Source: Candidatus Omnitrophota bacterium (GTDB lineage Bacteria > Omnitrophota > Gorgyraeia > B26-G9). Taken from it: a stretch of 58,959 bases of DNA. Of this stretch, positions 56,694 to 58,959 are shown piece after piece; within the stretch, counting starts at the first letter, position 1; each line of letters opens with the position of its first letter. Below the pieces are notes generated by a model. The model worked only from the letters and a program-made list of their open reading frames with translations. It was not told the origin of the DNA and did not search any database. The position numbers were made by a program, and so were the translations under genes. The stretch is taken from NCBI GenBank assembly GCA_018817585.1, contig JAHITE010000094.1, forward strand, positions 1 through 58,959. The letters are read 5' to 3'.

Positions 56694-58959
56694 ATGGCGG
56701 AAACGGTTATTGAACTTAAAAATATTGCCAAAAAGTATTGTTTTAGTTTAGCCAAACAATCTTTGCTGAATAATGTTTTGTCTTTTTTTAAAAAAGCGTT
56801 GCCGAAAACCGATGTCTGGGCTTTAAAAGATATTAATTTCTCAGTGGAAAAAGGCCAGATTCTGGGAATTATCGGAGAAAATGCCTCGGGCAAGACCACG
56901 ATTCTACGGATTATCAGCCGGATTACTGTGCCTACTTTGGGCCAGGTAATGGTTAAAGGCAAAGTCGCCGGCTTGCTTGATTTGGGTGCTGGCTTTCATC
57001 CGGAATTAACTGGCAGGGAAAACATCTATCTGGATGCGGCGCTTTATGGTTTGAATAAAACTCAAACCGACGCTCTGCTTTTAGAGATCATTGAATTTTC
57101 CGGATTAGAAGATTTAGTTGACGCGCAAGTAAAGACCTATTCCCAAGGCATGCTGGTGCGTTTAGGATTTTCCGTGGCGGTACACGTGGATCCGGATATA
57201 TTTCTGATTGATGACAGTTTAGCTGTAGGCGATGAGGAATTTCAGCGCAAATGTCTTAGTAAGATTCTGGAGTTAAAAGAACATGGCAAAACGATCATTG
57301 TCGTATCGCATGATCTTGATTCTATTAGCAGGATTTGTGAACGGGGCATATTGCTTAAAAGCGGCCGGATTGTAAAAGATGATTCTATGCATAAGGTTAT
57401 TATTCGTTATGTTGAAGCTGTAGGAGATAAAGATTCTATTGTCGCGATAGATAAAGGGAAATTAAGCGTTATATTTAACGGGGGAAGGATAATTCTTCTC
57501 TGGAACGGAAAACCTCTAACCAAGAATTTCGGAGGATATATCAGTGTGCAGGTTATGGATAAATGGATCTTGTCCTGGAAAGCGCGATGGAAGGTGATTG
57601 AAAAAAGCGCTGATTATTTTAAGGTCCAGGGCAGCTGGGATAATTATGGTTTAAATATCTGCATTGAGGTTTATTTAAATAATGAGTGCAGCATTTCTTG
57701 GAAAAGCATTATTGAAGGGAGTGGTAATGCGGATGCAAGAGAAATAATTATTGGTTTAATGCTGGACGGTATTTATAACCATTATTTTGATAATTACAGA
57801 ATGAAACAGATAGAAAAGCGTCATTATAAATCAAGTCGTTGGTATGATATTTATAGAACAGATGAACAAAACGCGGCTCTTATTTTAAAAACAGATGATG
57901 AATTGCCTGCGGTAGTAATTTCTTTTAAAAAGAATAATATTGAAGGATTTCAACTGATTCAGAAAACGGACAGCAATTTAGATGCAAGTGTCGCGCAAAT
58001 ACACATGATTCTGTCTGAATCAATGAAAAGAAATGATAGCCGGATACAGACTGTTTATTGTGAAGCGGACATTGAGGTTGCTCAAGAAGAAAGGATTGAA
58101 CAAATAATCATTAAACAAAGAAGAAAGAAAAGTATTGAGCAGGGGCTTTTGCGTCTTGAATTAGAGGGGAAAAGCCTGCATGTTTTTTTTGATGATCGCA
58201 GATTAACTGGGAGAAAAGGACTGCAGTTTGGATTTTCCTATCAGGAAAAATATTTTAATATTTTTGACGAAGAATGGAATTTTGAAAAAAAAGATGCGCA
58301 GTCTATGAGTATTTCTTCATGGCTTAAAGATAATAAAATTAAAACAAAACTTAATATAATCATGGAAAATAATAAAATTTGTTGGCAGTTTGATGTTAAA
58401 GAGGATAAATCAGTTGCGGTGGGGATTGAGTCCGTGGAAGTGAATCTTTTTGCGGTTGAAAAATATGAAAATTATTTTAGTCTGGAAGAGTCGGGGCATT
58501 TTTCAAATGTTATTGGATTTAATAATAAGACTGAGATAAGAAATTCTTTAGAAGCGGTAATTGGATTAAGGGGTGAAGATCCAAACCTGCCTTGGCTTAT
58601 AAGTGAATACGGTATTAATACAAAGGTACAGCTATTTGATATGCAGAAAGAAGCCGGAGGCAGGCTTATTCGAGCATGGGTAAAAGAAAGTAATAGTATT
58701 AAAGGGAGCATATTTGTTTTTAAAGAGAAAAAAAATATAGATAATTATCTGCTTGAGCAAAGGAAAAATCTGCAAAAAAGTAAAGTACTTTCAAATGATA
58801 TTCTTATGCTTTCCTTTAGCGATAATCGAATAAGGCTTTTCTGGAAGGGTATTGAGGTTACTGCTGAAAATGGATTAAGCAGTAGTATTTTTTTCAATGG
58901 TTGCTGGTATGAGTCTGAAATTAACGATAAGCAGATTGTAGAAAATGGAAATAAGCTGG
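56694..58959 (+). CDS. ABC polysaccharide export ATPase (Wzt/TagH-like) with long repeat-containing C-terminal extension, 3'-partial
   Basis: My own translation from ATG 56694 (AAAGGAA upstream) has no stop up to the window end. Walker A GENASGKTT, signature YSQGMLVRLGF, Walker B IFLIDDSLAVGD. The extension from about 57420 has three similar modules. Confidence 0.8.
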   Translation, partial: MAETVIELKNIAKKYCFSLAKQSLLNNVLSFFKKALPKTDVWALKDINFSVEKGQILGIIGENASGKTTILRIISRITVPTLGQVMVKGKVAGLLDLGAGFHPELTGRENIYLDAALYGLNKTQTDALLLEIIEFSGLEDLVDAQVKTYSQGMLVRLGFSVAVHVDPDIFLIDDSLAVGDEEFQRKCLSKILELKEHGKTIIVVSHDLDSISRICERGILLKSGRIVKDDSMHKVIIRYVEAVGDKDSIVAIDKGKLSVIFNGGRIILLWNGKPLTKNFGGYISVQVMDKWILSWKARWKVIEKSADYFKVQGSWDNYGLNICIEVYLNNECSISWKSIIEGSGNADAREIIIGLMLDGIYNHYFDNYRMKQIEKRHYKSSRWYDIYRTDEQNAALILKTDDELPAVVISFKKNNIEGFQLIQKTDSNLDASVAQIHMILSESMKRNDSRIQTVYCEADIEVAQEERIEQIIIKQRRKKSIEQGLLRLELEGKSLHVFFDDRRLTGRKGLQFGFSYQEKYFNIFDEEWNFEKKDAQSMSISSWLKDNKIKTKLNIIMENNKICWQFDVKEDKSVAVGIESVEVNLFAVEKYENYFSLEESGHFSNVIGFNNKTEIRNSLEAVIGLRGEDPNLPWLISEYGINTKVQLFDMQKEAGGRLIRAWVKESNSIKGSIFVFKEKKNIDNYLLEQRKNLQKSKVLSNDILMLSFSDNRIRLFWKGIEVTAENGLSSSIFFNGCWYESEINDKQIVENGNKL

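Overview
This is an AT-rich 59-kb window in which every supportable gene lies on the + strand. It is dominated by one uninterrupted 28.8-kb ORF (1729/1786..30546, about 9,600 codons) encoding a mosaic giant protein. Read in order, that protein has a Sec-type leader, a SecA-like ATPase motor, a polytopic membrane block, an M23 peptidase with a LysM-like pair, and an (alpha/alpha) toroid. These are followed by at least ten copies of a 120-150-aa repeat module and a membrane-embedded GT48 (FKS/callose-synthase)-like glucan-synthase module. The C-terminal part carries a 2H phosphoesterase, a NadD-like nucleotidyltransferase, a guanylate-kinase-like module and a GT5 glycogen-synthase domain. A 119-aa PilZ gene follows 14 nt after the stop. 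Two downstream genes (31066..35340, 35672..38212) and a decayed third (38264..38675, abutting an IS30 transposase remnant) carry the same conserved leader; the two intact genes also re-use the NadD-like module, and 31066..35340 the guanylate-kinase-like module. Next comes a glycan-handling locus: a GPH-family MFS symporter, two clan GH-A hydrolases, two CBM-like secreted proteins, a TPR/PKD protein, a PilZ-TM-coiled-coil-toroid protein, an outer-membrane barrel and an orphan pseudopilin. After that are a second small PilZ paralog and a WecA-like/UGM-like/Wzm/Wzt glycan export operon that runs off the 3' edge. A probably 5'-partial histidine kinase opens the window. I saw no rRNA, tRNA or CRISPR array. 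All domain calls are motif readings by eye, with no searches run. The organism guess (an uncultivated lineage known for giant ORFs, such as Omnitrophota) is inference only.
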